A stretch of DNA of 63,842 bases, filler included, from Trichosphaerium sp. ATCC 40318 (Eukaryota; Protista; Tubulinea): NCBI GenBank assembly GCA_038496445.1. It is 5 parts of 5 records of this genome, joined end to end, with 100 filler letters (N's around TTAATTAATTAA, not from the genome) between each part and the next. Parts side by side here need not be neighbours in the genome. Positions count along the whole stretch, not along the records: positions 1 to 25,260 come from JALMLS010000006.1; 4 more parts are not named here. One strand, given 5' to 3'. Position 1 is the stretch's first letter. Each line of letters begins with the position of its first letter. The translations under genes and the position numbers were made by a program. Under the pieces are notes generated by a model that saw only the letters and a program-made list of their open reading frames with translations, did not search any database and was not told the DNA's origin. Positions 1 through 13,316 of the stretch are shown piece after piece.

Positions 1-1100
1 AGCTCCTATTAAAGCGTGAGAACTCGTACGATTTTACAAAGCGCGGTAAACTAGTTTTCCGCCAGCTTTTTACAAACTGGAATTGAAGGATTTCAAGAAA
101 GAAAAGAAGAGAAAATGAATGTGTACCAGTGCGTTGGTATGTTTTTTCTCTACGAGGGCTATGCGTTGCGTGAGCAAGTTGATCGTGTGCTGGTGGGCAG
201 CGTGTTTCTCCTGCAATAGGTCGTTGTACATTTGGAATTGTTTCGCGAGCAGTTTTTCAATGCGCTCGGTTTGAGCATTTTTTGATGTTGAGCCACGCTT
301 GATCCCACGCTTTGTAGACGTCTTTGCTTGCCCGATTACGCAATTGATCCCTCTTTGAAACTACGCGTATTGGCGCAGAGAATACCTCCAAACAAGGATG
401 CACTAGAGCTAGAGTTGATGGGTTTAGTAGACGGATTCGGACGCGAAATCGCGCTCCTTCGTGTTGAGAAGTGAGTACCTTTGTCATGTGAGATCATCGA
501 ACGAAGAAAAAAAAAAAAGAATAACGTGTGGGGACGAAAAAAAGATTCATAAATTGGGGTTGGTGTAATACCATTTATTTTACGGGGAACAGGCAGAAAG
601 TCTCTGTGGCTGCTTATTAAGGACCAAATCGCCATTATCAATGCCAGTATCATTATCGTATGCCACCAAATAATTATTAAAGCAGCCAAAGCAAAATCGT
701 GAAGGCTGAAGTTGTTCCCATCAACAACCTCCACAAGGTACCGACAGGAGATTAGCAAGAAAAAATTATGTACCTTAATTTTGGTTTCCACGGTAACTCG
801 TCTGAGGTCAAGGTTTGCAGTTGATGAAGTTTCAAGCGGAGACGTTTTACACGACCCTGTTTCTTCATAAACCAGAACGACATTAATACTAGCAGTATGC
901 AAAATAGCGGCAGGAAAATCATCAGGAATACAAGCAGAGATAGTAAAGGCGAACAACACTACGTGGCAGTCTGCAATAGAGGTCAACTTCGTTTGTAATG
1001 AATAAAACGAACCTGCGCGGGTGTATTGCTCCACCAATCTGAACCCTGGTACGTGATGCGAAATCGATTTACTGGACTGTTAGCGGTAGTAAGGTGCATT
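1..1100 (-). CDS. CudA-like transcription factor (spliced; ends uncertain)
   Basis: Removing a GT..AG intron at 773->479 joins ...VVLVYEETGSCKTSPLE...RVTVETKIK to VLTSQHEGARFRVRIRLL...LEVFSAPIRVVSK, resembling the amoebozoan CudA core (KVL[TS]SQHE..FR...PI.V.SK, recalled from memory). A coiled-coil frame follows a probable A6 slip near 280. Confidence 0.55.
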
Positions 1101-1310
1101 TGTTATTATGTGGGATTGCTACGTGCGGTTGGAATGCTTTAAATGTGTTCTGTGCTGTTTATTCTGTTAAGAAAATTCAAAGTTTGGCTATCAAAGTGAC
1201 TGTAGTTTGTGGGCAAAGTCCATGTTCAACATTTGACTTTAGCTGGGATAAATTCTCAAGGAGTTGTAAACCAGTACATTCTGGCCGTTAGTTAGCGTCA
1301 GTTGTCCATA

Positions 1311-2951
1311 GACTATGAGGGGCTTCGCGTAAAGTTAGCGCAGGTTACCTATCGTGGTGTCGCTAAAAAGGTGCAGCAAGCATTAGAGGAATTAAAGCAG
1401 AGATATCAAGAAGATATAATTTTTTTACAAGAGGTAGTGATGACCACCTATGTCATAACAAAGCGCTATAGGTGTTCGTAGAACCATTTGTAAAGAAAAA
1501 GGTTGTTAGTGAGGCAGAAACAATCCGATTATTTTCGAAACTAGATAAATTGCCATCTGCAGGCGACCACATGACAAAGGCTGTTACAGTCCTGTAAAAT
1601 CTGAAATAAATATTTTAACGTTTCGAAGGAGTTAAAAGATACAAACTCTCCAGAATTTATAAGACGTCCTGACTTCGGGGTACGGAAAGGCATCCACAAC
1701 ACTTTTTTTACAAATAACCTATAAACAGCGAGCAATCTACGAAAAGTACCAGCACTACCTAGACACAAGTCCACCCATTACAGAGGACTTTCACTGTTTT
1801 ATTGAGACTTATCCAAACATGGAACAAGAAGTGCTAGCGTACATAAAGAAAGAAGAAGAAGCTTGGAACGCAGCTATAAAGGAGCTACAGTCGCCTAAAA
1901 AAATAGTTATTCCTCCTCTATTAAAGTAAGTGTTTGCAGTTTTTTCGTGACTGATAATTGTAAATGAAGGGAAACTAAGAAATCAGGGCGTAAGAAAGGT
2001 TTCAATTTAGGCAGCTCAAGAAGGCGCCTGAGCAGTAGTTGTACGCAGTTATTTTTGTAGTTACAGTGAAAAACAAAAAAAAAACTTTCGTCTTACATAT
2101 TTCTTTATATATATCTAATCGTGTGCATAGTGCGTAGGAAAAAAGAACCTAGTGACAGTAAGAGTGATAAACGGAAAAAGAAAGCTAAAAACAGGCGAAA
2201 AAGGTTAGTTTATAAGTAATACCTTTTAACATATTCTATTTTATTAACCAGTGATTCAAGGTCCTCCAGTAAGCGTGCGAAGCCAGTTGTAGAGCCTCTA
2301 GACTTAGAAAAGGCGACACGGGATCGAGCAGCGTCAAAGAACTCGGCTCCTACAGCTAGAAAAGCAAGTATGGACTCTGCGCGATTACAAGAAAGTGTAC
2401 CACACTCTATTTCAATACCTGAGATATCCTCATTGGTGAGTACCTCTAGTCAAAGCAGTGAGAGGAAGCGACCTGCCAAACTAGCAAAGACACCAAGATC
2501 TTATACTCTTCGTCAAAGTGACGCAATGACATTTTTAAGAAAGTGTCGCTCCGAAACCCTTAAGAGTAATCTCCTCTATGAGCTTGATAGTGCATCTAGT
2601 TGCACACTAAGTCCACGCTCTACATTGTCTAGAAGGTCAGATGTTACATCTGACGAAATTGACAGTTCGCAGGAAGACCTCGAAAGTAAATCTGATAGAG
2701 GTTTATCCACTCTTGAGGAAGAGGGCGAACCAGATGATTTATGGAGCACGGCTAACGATGATTGGGGCGATCAATTAGGAACTGATGATTGGGGTGAAGA
2801 CGTAAAATCTGCATCCCAGCCAACAAAGAAAAAAAAGCAAGTAGAGGATGGTGTCACAAAAAAGACCCAACCGAGTGATGGTCTGGACTCTCTTCGCGAA
2901 GGTATAATGTCTCTTTCGGATATCCCCATGGTTTCAGCCACTTACGAGTGA
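1311..2951 (+). CDS. Hypothetical multi-exon protein; possible DH/RhoGEF-like helical N-part, Lys/Ser/acidic low-complexity C-part
   Basis: Exons read ...ELKQRYQEDIIFLQE|VFVEPFVKKKVVSEAETIRLFSKLDKL (weakly DH-like); last exon is ORF 2370..2951. Start not determined. Confidence 0.35.
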
Positions 2952-3524
2952 CCAATCATTTGTACTTTTAAAAGAAATAAAATAATGTTTGTACAATGTA
3001 CTTTTCCATAACCTGCTTGGCTCCAGTCGAATGTTTGTCGAGGCTGATTATTGAGAATTGCAAAACCGAGAACGCTGCTTCATGAATATTATTATCCCGA
3101 AAAGGTCATTGGTTCACCAATCCAACCAGTTAAGCCTAAATGTAGATGTTGAGACTGGTGTTTTAATGAAAATGACGTCAAAATTGCGTATGCTTTTGCA
3201 ATTTCTAACAAAAATAGTATCGCGTCAACATAGATCATACTCCTTCTTCTTTTATCTGAGCTTACTATCGTTTGGCTCGCTACGAAACTTGCAAAACATT
3301 TCGGTCTGAGGAGTTCTTCATTGCTTTTTTTGAAAGCAAACTTTTAGCGTAACAACAGCTACTGTGGCCGTGCGATGGTCTATTATACCGTATTGGCTTA
3401 ATAACAAGTACGTTAGAATAGGTAAAAAATTATGTTTAGCCGCTGATATACGCCCCGTTAGCGATTACTGCTGTTATAACTACTTGCATTACAAGAGTCA
3501 GTTTGATCTGACCTTTAGCACTCC

Positions 3525-6500
3525 ATGAGCGAGATTCCTTTGCCTCCAGGATGGCAATCAGCAGTTTCTCCTGAAGGTGCCCTTTTTTGTCAAAACAAAT
3601 TAAAATAATTAACGTTGCTCAGGAAAGCCGTATTTCTACAACCAAGGGACCAACGAAACGTCGTGGAAGCACCCAGGGCATAAAAGACGAGGTACGCTGA
3701 ATTATCGCACAACGTCTTATTTTGTCAGGGACGATTGGCAAAGGTAGTGGTAAAAGCAAGAAAAAAAGAACTGGTAGACACAGCCGTTCGCAGTACTAAA
3801 CTATTTTTCCTCACAGCCGCTAATAAACACTTAGGAGCACAATTTCGGCACCTGGTGCCGGTATGTCCCTTCCTCCTCCGTTGGGAGTTCCGCCACCGTT
3901 GAATATCCCTCCACCACTGGACATCTCATCTGTACCTCCTCCAATGAGCGTGACAGATGTATCAAAACCGAAGTCTGCACGCAAAAAGTAAATGTCACTG
4001 TAAATTGTTTTAATTTAACTTTACGCGTAGGAAAAAGCGCCCACTACCTCCCAACTGGTACGTTGTCAATGTCTACAAATTTTGTAGTTTTTTAATAGTT
4101 TTATTTAGGACAGAACATAAATCTGACGAAGGCAAGACGTATTATCACAATGCAGTGACGAATGAAACCTCTTGGACGCGTCCAAAGGCAAAATTAGATC
4201 CTAAGAATGATCCTGCATGCTGGAGCCAAGCAACAGACAATGGCAAGACGTATGTTACCCTCAAAAATATTTTTTTGTTGTTGCAAAAACTAAGTGTTAT
4301 TTAAAGTTACTATTTTAATACCAAAACAAACGAAACTACTTGGGACAAACCAGATTGTTTAAAAAAGCGTCCCAAATCTGCGCGCGCCAGTACGTTCGTA
4401 AACTTGTTTGTCACTTTATTAATAACAAACTAGAGAAAACGCGAAAACCTTCAATTGGTGGCCCACCAGTTAGTACTAGTATGGGCAATTTAGATATTCC
4501 TCCACCTTCTTCAATCCCATCAGGGGTAAAAAATCGGCCAAAGAAGTCAAGCAAGAAGAAGCGTAATCCGCGAGCTCGAACCATGCCACGCAAGCCATTC
4601 GGTAAACGTGCTTCTCCTGCAAAGAAGAAAGCTGCACAGTTTGGACAATGGCACAAGCCGCCACCTTCTTTAACACCAAAGCCAGTCAAAATGGATGCGC
4701 CCACACCAAAAGTAGTGCAACGAGCCACCTCGGCGCCTTCTAAAGGTGTTGATAAAGCACAAGAAATTGATTTGACACCAGAGGTAAAATTAATCAGTTT
4801 TTGCATGCCTGCTAATGAAAATAGCAACTTGGTTCCGCTGAAGATTGGTCAAAAGCCACAGCACCTGGTGGACAGATTTACTATTATAACAGGGTAACTA
4901 TGGCGCGTAGTTGGGTCAATCCATTCCCAGAGGAAAAGACCGAACTACAGAAACTCGAAGAAGTGGACATGTCCCAGATGTTGCCTTCTCAGAAACTACA
5001 ATTCCAACGTCGTATTGATAGAGAGCGCCGTAAAGTAGATAATAAGCGCAAACAAAAAGAGCTTGAAGAAAAGAGGGAAAAAGAAGAGCAACGCCAGGAG
5101 TGGATAAAATCGCTTCGTCAAAAAGAAGCGGAAAAAGAGGCAGAAGAACTAGAAGCTTTGCAGCGTAAACAAGAAGAGGGTGCGTTAGTGTCGTATAATA
5201 ATATTTTCTAATGACAAATAGAAGCGTCAATGGCTGAGCAAATGTCGTTAAAGGTTCCACCCATAAAGGGAATTGTATCAATTGACAAAAACAAGAAAGG
5301 TGAAAAGAAAAAAGACAAGGAAAAGAAGGGCAAGGAGAAAAAAACACCTCGTGCAATATCTCCTCGAGGTGGCGGTATATTCTGTCGTATACATGTACAA
5401 GTCAAAGAAGTTGATGTTATTAAGACCGTAAAGCTTGGTGTGGACACAGTAGTACACGAGATTATAGATGAGGTGATAGGCAAGGCGAATCTTCCTCCTG
5501 AGAATGTGTCCTTGTACTACCTAGAGTACAAAGGAAAAAAATTAAAGTCAGAAGCATCAATGTTGAATAAGTACTCTATTGCTAACATGGTACGCTAACT
5601 TTGTATTACAAATTGTTAACACTATAATTTTAAGGCCACTGTGGTGATGAAACAGCTCAAAACTCCTCGTACAAAGACACCAAGACCAGAAAAGTCAAAT
5701 AAGAAGGATAAACAGAGGGATACTCTGAGATCAAACATGAGCAGCGCATCATACGATGATTCAAGTTCTGAAGCACCTTCGGTAGGTCGTACATCTAGTA
5801 TACCTCCACCAAACCATGTGCCAAATGCTCCTTCTCACATGCCGCCACCACCTGCTGTTGTTGCTGTTCCAGACCATACACCACCACCGCCTGCTCATAC
5901 ACCTGAACAACCGAAGCCTGTCATTACTGCATCATCTGTGACAACGCCTCCCAATTTTACGCCTCCGCCTCTTAACAAGGAGTTTCATCACGCAAATTCA
6001 GTATCGGGTGTGCCCAAGATGCCTGGATCGTTACAGCGTAACCAAAGCGCACCAGCTTCAAAGAAAGGCTTTGTGGTAGCTCGACCAGGTCGTAAAGGAC
6101 TTAAAGGCAAAGGAAAGTTTGGATCTAGGTCGATGAAGATGGCTTCATTAGGAAGAGGAGGAAAGTATGGTGCACGTTCTCTCAAGTTGAAAACATTTGG
6201 CAAGGGAGCAAAGAAAGGATTTCAACCAAAAGGCGTATCTCTCAAGTTTAACGCTAAAGGAGGACCTCCTAAAGGTTTCCGACCAAAGGGTGCTCCACAA
6301 TCTCTTAAATTCAACGCTAGAGGTGGCCCTCCTAAAGGTTTCCGGCCAAAGGGAGTTAGTGGTATTAAATTTGGTGTTAAGAAGGGATTCATTCCACCTC
6401 CTCCAACATTTACACCACCAGCGTCTTTTAAAAAGACCAACACGATCGCCTCTGGTTTGAAGAAGATGAACGTACCAGCTCCACCAACATTTACACCGAA

Positions 6501-9500
6501 GAAGAGGCCAATGTCAGTTGCTCCACCTTCAATCAAACTGGCTGTGGGACCTCCAAAGTTCGCACCGAAGAAAATGAACGCGCACATTCAACCACCATCA
6601 ATCAAGTTTGGCGTAGCGCCTCCAAAATTCGCACCGAAGAAAATGAATGCACACATTCAACCACCATCAATCAAGTTTGGTGTAGCGCCTCCAAAATTCG
6701 CACCGAAGAAAATGAACGCGCACATTCAACCACCATCAATCAAGTTTGGCGTAGCGCCTCAAAAATTCGCTGCAAAGAAAAGTACATTTGTTCCACGCCC
6801 TCCAGCTCCGGTAAAGGTGTCTGCACCTAATCAATTAGGTACAAAGATTGGACCTAAAAAAGTTGTTATGCCTCCAAACTTCAGACCTGTGTCAGCAAAG
6901 AAACCACAATTTATGATGTCACGCCCAAAATTGGCACCGAAGAAGTATGCCCCACCAAAGGGTCCAAAGAAATTCCCAAGAGCTTTAAAACAACCAGTAG
7001 TTGCAGCACCAAAGGTGTATATAATGCCACCAGTTGTTCCACAACCCAAGGTAGTAGCTCCTGTCAAAAAGGTACCTACGCCGAAATATATGCAACCAAA
7101 ACAAGCGCCACCAAAGTTTCCTCCACCAAGGACACAAGCGCCACCAAAGTTCCCTCCACCAAGGACACAATCACCTCCAAAGTTCCAGCTACCGAAAGCA
7201 ACACAACCACGAAAGTTTAAACCGCCATTGCAGCGCATGGATTCTGCTATGATTACCACAATGATAGACGGTATGGACTCTGCAGACTTGGACAGTCTTG
7301 CTGATGCTCTTGGCGATCCAGTACCTCCTACCCCTCCTGTGAGAGTGGCAGCTACTCCTACGCCAACACCAGCACCGGCACCAGCTGCAATGCCATGGGA
7401 AAACATAGAGGTTAAACCCAAGCTAACTAATGAGGATCTATATTTTGCTGCAGAGCAAGGCAATTTGGAACGCACTAAGGAAGTAGTGCAAGACGATGGT
7501 GTAGATGTAAATGCTGTTTCTACAAATGGGTTGACCTCACTTCTCATTGCTCTTACAAATAAACACAGGGAGGTGGCCAAATACTTGATATCAGAAGGCG
7601 CTAGGTATATTCATTATTTTTGATTTTCTTTTGACAGTTTGTGTAGAACTGATGTTGTGAGTCCTGGTACTAAGGATTCTCCACTTCATATTGCAATCAA
7701 GTGCAAAGATGCCGAATTAGTTGAAGCACTATTACAACATGGATCTGATGTAAACTTAGCTTTACCAGATGGCTCAACTCCATTAACAATGGCTGTTATA
7801 TCCGCTAATCTAGATGTTGTTAAACTTATCATGAATGCTCAACCAAGTGATTACAATGCACTTGGCTCTGGCTATTCCACGCTATACTTGGCAGCTATGG
7901 GAGGCGATTTTGATATACTTAAAGTGCTCTTAACATCAGGTAAGCTATTCAATCACTCTGATATTATTAATAAACATATTCGTAGGTAAAATGGATCCTA
8001 ATGTAGCAAGTGAGAGCGGCGAGACAGCATTGCATATTGCTTGTGAACAAGGCAATGTTGAAGTAGTAAAATTATTGCTTGGTGCATGTGCAAGCCCTAA
8101 CGCACCTCTGCAACGGACAAAAGAGACACCGTTAATGAGGGCTACTAAGAGAGGTCACACAGAAGTTGTAAGCGCATTATGCAGGTATGCTATTGAAAAA
8201 TGCCAATCGTGATGTTCTTTAATTTTGGTATTAGTATAAATGCCAATGTTAATGCGACAGATATCTCTGGAGATACTGCACTTACAATAGCTGTTAAACA
8301 CAGCCATGTCGATATAATTAAAGTAATTCTTAAAGCTACAACACCGGTTGACGTTGACAATGCTATTGTTCGTGCTGTGCAAGTTAAAAGAATGGATATT
8401 GCCGAAATATTGGCTACAAGTAATCACAGACCAACACTCAAGGAGTTGACGTTATCATCATTGAGTACGTTCAGTAATTTATTTTCGAATTATTCCTCTT
8501 CCTTGTTAATGAACCCTAGATCTAAATGAGATTCCATCATGGGTTATCAATATGAAAACGCTGCGATCACTTGATCTATCAAATAATAATATCAAAAAGT
8601 TACCAACTATTCTTGGTGATATGCACTTGAAGAGTCTTAATATTAAAAAGAACCCAATAGATGGTGTGCCTCCAGAAATTTTGACAAAGAGCACGCCAAA
8701 GCTATTGCTTTACCTGCGTAATCTTCAATCCGATTCCAAACCATGGAGTCGCCTCAAACTTTTAGTTGTTGGCCAGGTAGACAAAAAGAACATACTTAAT
8801 TTGTTTTGTGTTGACGTCGTTCTTAGGAGAATGTTGGTAAGAGCCACTTGATATGGCGTTTACATGAAATGTCTGCAAAGACAGGAGCTGCTTCTTTGTT
8901 GAAAAAGAAGAAACATGAGAAGTATACTAATATTTCAACTGATGGTATAGCTATTGGATCTCTGAACCTTTCAAAAGATATTGCTTTGCAAATATACGAC
9001 TTTGGTGGTCAAGAAGTATTCTACCCAACACATCAATTTTTCCTCAGCAAACGTGCTATTTATGTGCTTGTATTCAATCTTGTTGCACCAAACGAATCTC
9101 GTATAGAGTACTGGTTAAAGACAATCCGATTATTTGGTGATCTTGTATCCTCACCAGTTGTTGTTATTGGAACACATAGAGTACGTAAACTCCTAGCTTT
9201 TGTTCATACTCTTTCAGTTTGTTCACTATACTCTTTTCTATTCATCCACTGATGTCCGTGACTAATTTTTAATTCAAAGGATGATCCAAAGTGTACTTCA
9301 GAGTATCTTAAAGGCATACAACAAATGTTGAAGAAATATCAAAAGAGATACTTGAATATTAGATCTGTATACTTTTGTAGCTCTAAGTCTGGTGATGGTA
9401 TAAAAGATATTCTACGTAGTCTTAAGAGACTTGCATTAAAGCAAGGTATTCTTTCTAAGCTTGTACCAGGGTTTTACGAGGTACGCTACTTCACGTGAAA

Positions 9501-12500
9501 TAGTTTTGAATCTTATTTGTTCTCTTTCAAGGTTATGAGTAAATATCTCTTGCAAAAACGTAGAGAAAAAGAATATATGACATGGAGTGAGTATACTGCA
9601 CTCTGTGCTACAAATCAAGTACCAGAAAAGAGTGTAGAGAGCATGACTGAGTTCTTTAATGATGTTGGTGAATTGGTTTGGTATAATCAACCTGGAGTAC
9701 GGGAGATTGTAGTGTTAAACCCTCAGTGGCTTGCCGATGTTATGTCCAGCATAGTTAGCTTCAAACTAAACGTCCAAAATGGGTTGCTTATGCATGACAT
9801 GCTGCCTCAGATATGGAAGAAGTATCCTAGCGCTACACATGCCCGTCTGTTACAGCTGCTCGCAAAGTTTGAAGTTGTCTTTCCTGTCAAAGGTAAATAG
9901 GAAAGTCTCGACATTCGCCACTAACCATATTGCTTAGGTGAAACATCTTATAGTGTTGTCCCTTGCTTATTGGCAGAAGAGCCAGTACTACAACCGCAGC
10001 AATGGTTCAAGTATGTTGTTTTTTCTTTCAAGTTACATTTTTGGTTTTTTGTAACATAATTACTAAGGGGACCTTGTCCTGATTCAATGTATCAATTCAA
10101 GCGACAGTACCAAATGGATTTCTTACCTATGGGTTTCTTTCCACGTATTTATGTACGTATGAGACAAATTGAGGGTATAGAATGTAAAGAAGCATGGCTT
10201 GGAGGCATTGCTTTAGCCAAGTGCGTAAAGTTGGTATCGATTGAAGAACTCACGTTAACTTTTAGAGGTAACGAACTTGCCTATATTGAATATGATAGAA
10301 GTACACATGCACTCATACTAGTAACGCGATTCTACACAAATAAGCCGTACGTTGTTTAAAGTCGGATTCTTACTTCTAGTTGCTGATACTTTATTGTAGT
10401 TACCCTGCAAATGATTCGTTGCTGGTTGTATTATTAACACAAGCTATTGATACCCTTATTGATACGTTCTACGCATCTAATAGGGAGAAGGTGATGCGTG
10501 AGTACATCTACCAACCAAGTGGTTCTGTGGAGCGTGTTTTCTCTTATCAACAGCTTGTGAATGCTGTTATGCAAGGAGAAAAGACCGTAAATGCCCCAGA
10601 AACCAATGAAACCATACAAATAGATGCCATCGCTCCTGAGATTGCACTGAGCCACTTGCCTCTTTTGACTAATGTTGAGAGACAAGAGAAACTAGGCGAA
10701 GGGGCTTTCTCAACCGTGTACAGAGGGTTCACTAGCTCAGGAGAGGAAGTTGCTGTTAAGGAGCTCAAGAATAATACCGGTGAATCAGACTTCCGTGAGT
10801 TTACAAAAGAGGCGTGGGTGATGAGGTATGTTAACTTTTCTTTTTTGCTGCATCAAACACTAAGTCATATTCTTTAGTACCTTGGACCACGAGAATCTTG
10901 TAAAATTGCTTGGTATCGAGCTACAACCACTTTCCCTTATTACAGAGTATATTCCTGGCAACACACTTCATCATCATCTTCATGATGCTGACTTGAGTGA
11001 CCAGCAATTTGATTGGGAAATACGTATTCGCATAGGTGCGTGCCTAACGGATGATTTATAATCAAATACTTTTACTGACTTGATAATTTCTAGCAATTGA
11101 TATTGCACGTGGTTTGCTGTACCTTGCAACACGCACACCACCAATTATTCATCGCGATCTAAGGTCACCTAATATATTTGTACGTGAATGATAGATTCAT
11201 TTGAGAAATGTATATTGACACAATTACAAGATTGCGTCATTAGATCCATCACAAGATGTTATTGCAAAGGTTGGAGATTTTGGCTTAGCGCAGGTACGAT
11301 CTTGGGAAAGGATAGCATAACTCATCTAATGATAAACGTAGCATGCTGCACATGGTCTCAATGAAACATTGGCTACATTCCAATGGCTAGCACCTGAAGT
11401 ATTGGATGATAATTCAAAGTATGATGAGCGTTCTGACATTTACAGTTTTGGTGTTGTACTATGGGAGTTAGCTTCAAGGTACTCGTTTTAGTAGAGATTC
11501 ATGACTAACCTTCTTATTTAAGGCAATTCCCATTCTCTGCAAACACAGAGTTTATTACACGTCGTACAGAGCCATTAACACCCCAGCAACTCTCAGACCC
11601 TGCGTTTGTTGAACAGCTTCGTTCTTCAGGCTGGACAATTCGTGATAACCTTGCTGTTAATGAAGAATACAAGACTCAAGAGATCAGACATGCCATTATT
11701 GAGGGGTTACGCCCTACAATACCGAAAAACTGCCTTCCAGAGGTAGCAAGGGTTATGGAACGTTGCTGGGCAAAAGATCCTTCAAAAAGACCTGAATACG
11801 CTACTATTATCAGAGTATTCAGTGATATGTTCAGCTATGAGAATAGCTTTGATGAACACAAAGACCCTATTGATAGACGCAAGTCAGCTCACAACCTTGC
11901 CTTATCATGGAGTATGTCTCAGTTGTCACCAACTGTAAGTCCTCGCGTGTCAGCATCTCGCAGCTCATCTTTTCTGGCACCTCCACTGACGACTCCAAAC
12001 AACACAACATCTTCCGCTACTCTAAAACGACCAACACCACCTACAAGCAATCAAAACCTTGCAGCTATAGCTAAGAAGATAGAGCCTACAGAACCTCCAA
12101 AACCAGTGCAACCTCAACCTCCGAAACAAGTTGAACCTCCGAAGAAGGTAGAGCCAGCACAGCCTCCAAAGCCAGTGCAACCTCCAAAACAGACAGAACC
12201 TCCGAAACTAGCAGAGTTAGTACACAGTGTAACTGGTAGCGCTGCATCGAAGTCAATATTCCTTATGGATGGATATGTTTGGTGTGGTAGCGAGGATGGT
12301 CAAATTACTACATATAACTTTGGCGATCACGTATGTTTTGGTCAAATGTTACATGGTTCTAACCTTATTTAGGCTCAACCTCCATGGGGTTTTCAAGGAC
12401 ATAACCGACCTATCAATGCAATGCTTAAGGTTGGCGAAAATGTGTGGACAGCAGCAGATTCACTTAAGTTATGGTCAATAATGGTGTGTTGATTGTAATA

Positions 12501-13316
12501 GTAAAATAATATTAACGACTTCTTTTAGGACCTTTCTAATGGTGGTACTGAACTGTCAGGGCATGCAACTAAAGTTAATGTAATATTACGCGTTGCAAAT
12601 GACTATATGTGGACAGCTGATTCCAGTGGTAATATTGTAATGTGGAGCTTGGTACGATAATTTTTTTGGAAGCTTTTTTTTGGTTTGAAAAAGAGATTAA
12701 CGTTTTCTTTTAGGATGGCAGTAAACTGCATCAAACTTCCATTTGTCAGGAATCTATAACCTGTATGTGCTTCGTAGAGGTAGGTGCAGGATCTCAGTTT
12801 GTTTGGGTGGGAACAGAGCAAGGTAACATTCACGTTGTCAGCCTTGAAACTGCCCAGAGTACTGGTACTTGGAATGCGCACGCTTCGCCTGTACACTCTA
12901 TTATTTGTGTAAATAATGGACAAGAAGTGTGGAGTAGTGGGGACACAAAGGTAGCCGCATGGCCTACTAACGTACGAGCTTGTCCTTAGTAGACTCTTTT
13001 CTGATCTTTTTTTAGTGGCAGGGTGGCGAACAACCGACTTTTATACCTTGTAGCTCACCTGCTACTTGTTTAATTAGTATAGAAGACCGTGACCACGTAT
13101 GGGTCGCTCTAGGTAACAGCGTGATACAGATTATGAATAAAAAGGTGCGAACTACAACCAAAAACTATTGTAATGGTGGTTAACCTCTTGCTTTAGACAA
13201 AAAAAGTGGACTCCACGTGGAGTGGGTTTAATGGCCGCGTAAGAACGTTTGCTCTTGGCGGTGGCTGTGTATACAGTGGTAGTGGTAATTCAGTTTATTG
13301 TTGGCGCTACAAGTAG
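3525..13316 (+). CDS. Roco family (LRRK-like) protein kinase: 4xWW, ubiquitin-like, Pro-rich, ankyrin, LRR, Roc, COR, TKL kinase, WD40
   Basis: WW: LPPGWQ..G|KPYFYN..TNETSWKHP plus three more. Ankyrin: GETALHIACEQGNVEVVKLLL. LRR: LRSLDLSNNNIKKLP. Roc: KLLVVGQ|ENVGKS, STDGI, YDFGGQEVFYPTHQFFLS. COR: LNPQWLADVMS. Kinase: GEGAFSTVYRG, VAVKEL, HRDLRSPN, DFGLA, WLAPE. WD-like: VWCGSEDG, VWVGTEQG. Many short introns. Confidence 0.9.
6545..6770 (+). repeat. Coding tandem repeat, 69-bp unit (PPKFAPKKMNAHIQPPSIKFGVA) x~3
   Basis: Near-identical nucleotide copies visible inside ORF 5641..7623. Confidence 0.9.

Noticed and set aside
6545-6770. CRISPR-like array
   Set aside because: Contiguous in-frame coding repeats without unique spacers; eukaryotic context and no cas genes.
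6222-7580. Antisense Gly-rich ORFs (6222..6587, 6831..7580) and similar shadows (18404..18862, 34997..35467, 31430..31861)
   Set aside because: They are mirror frames of low-complexity or element sequence on the opposite strand, with no independent motifs.
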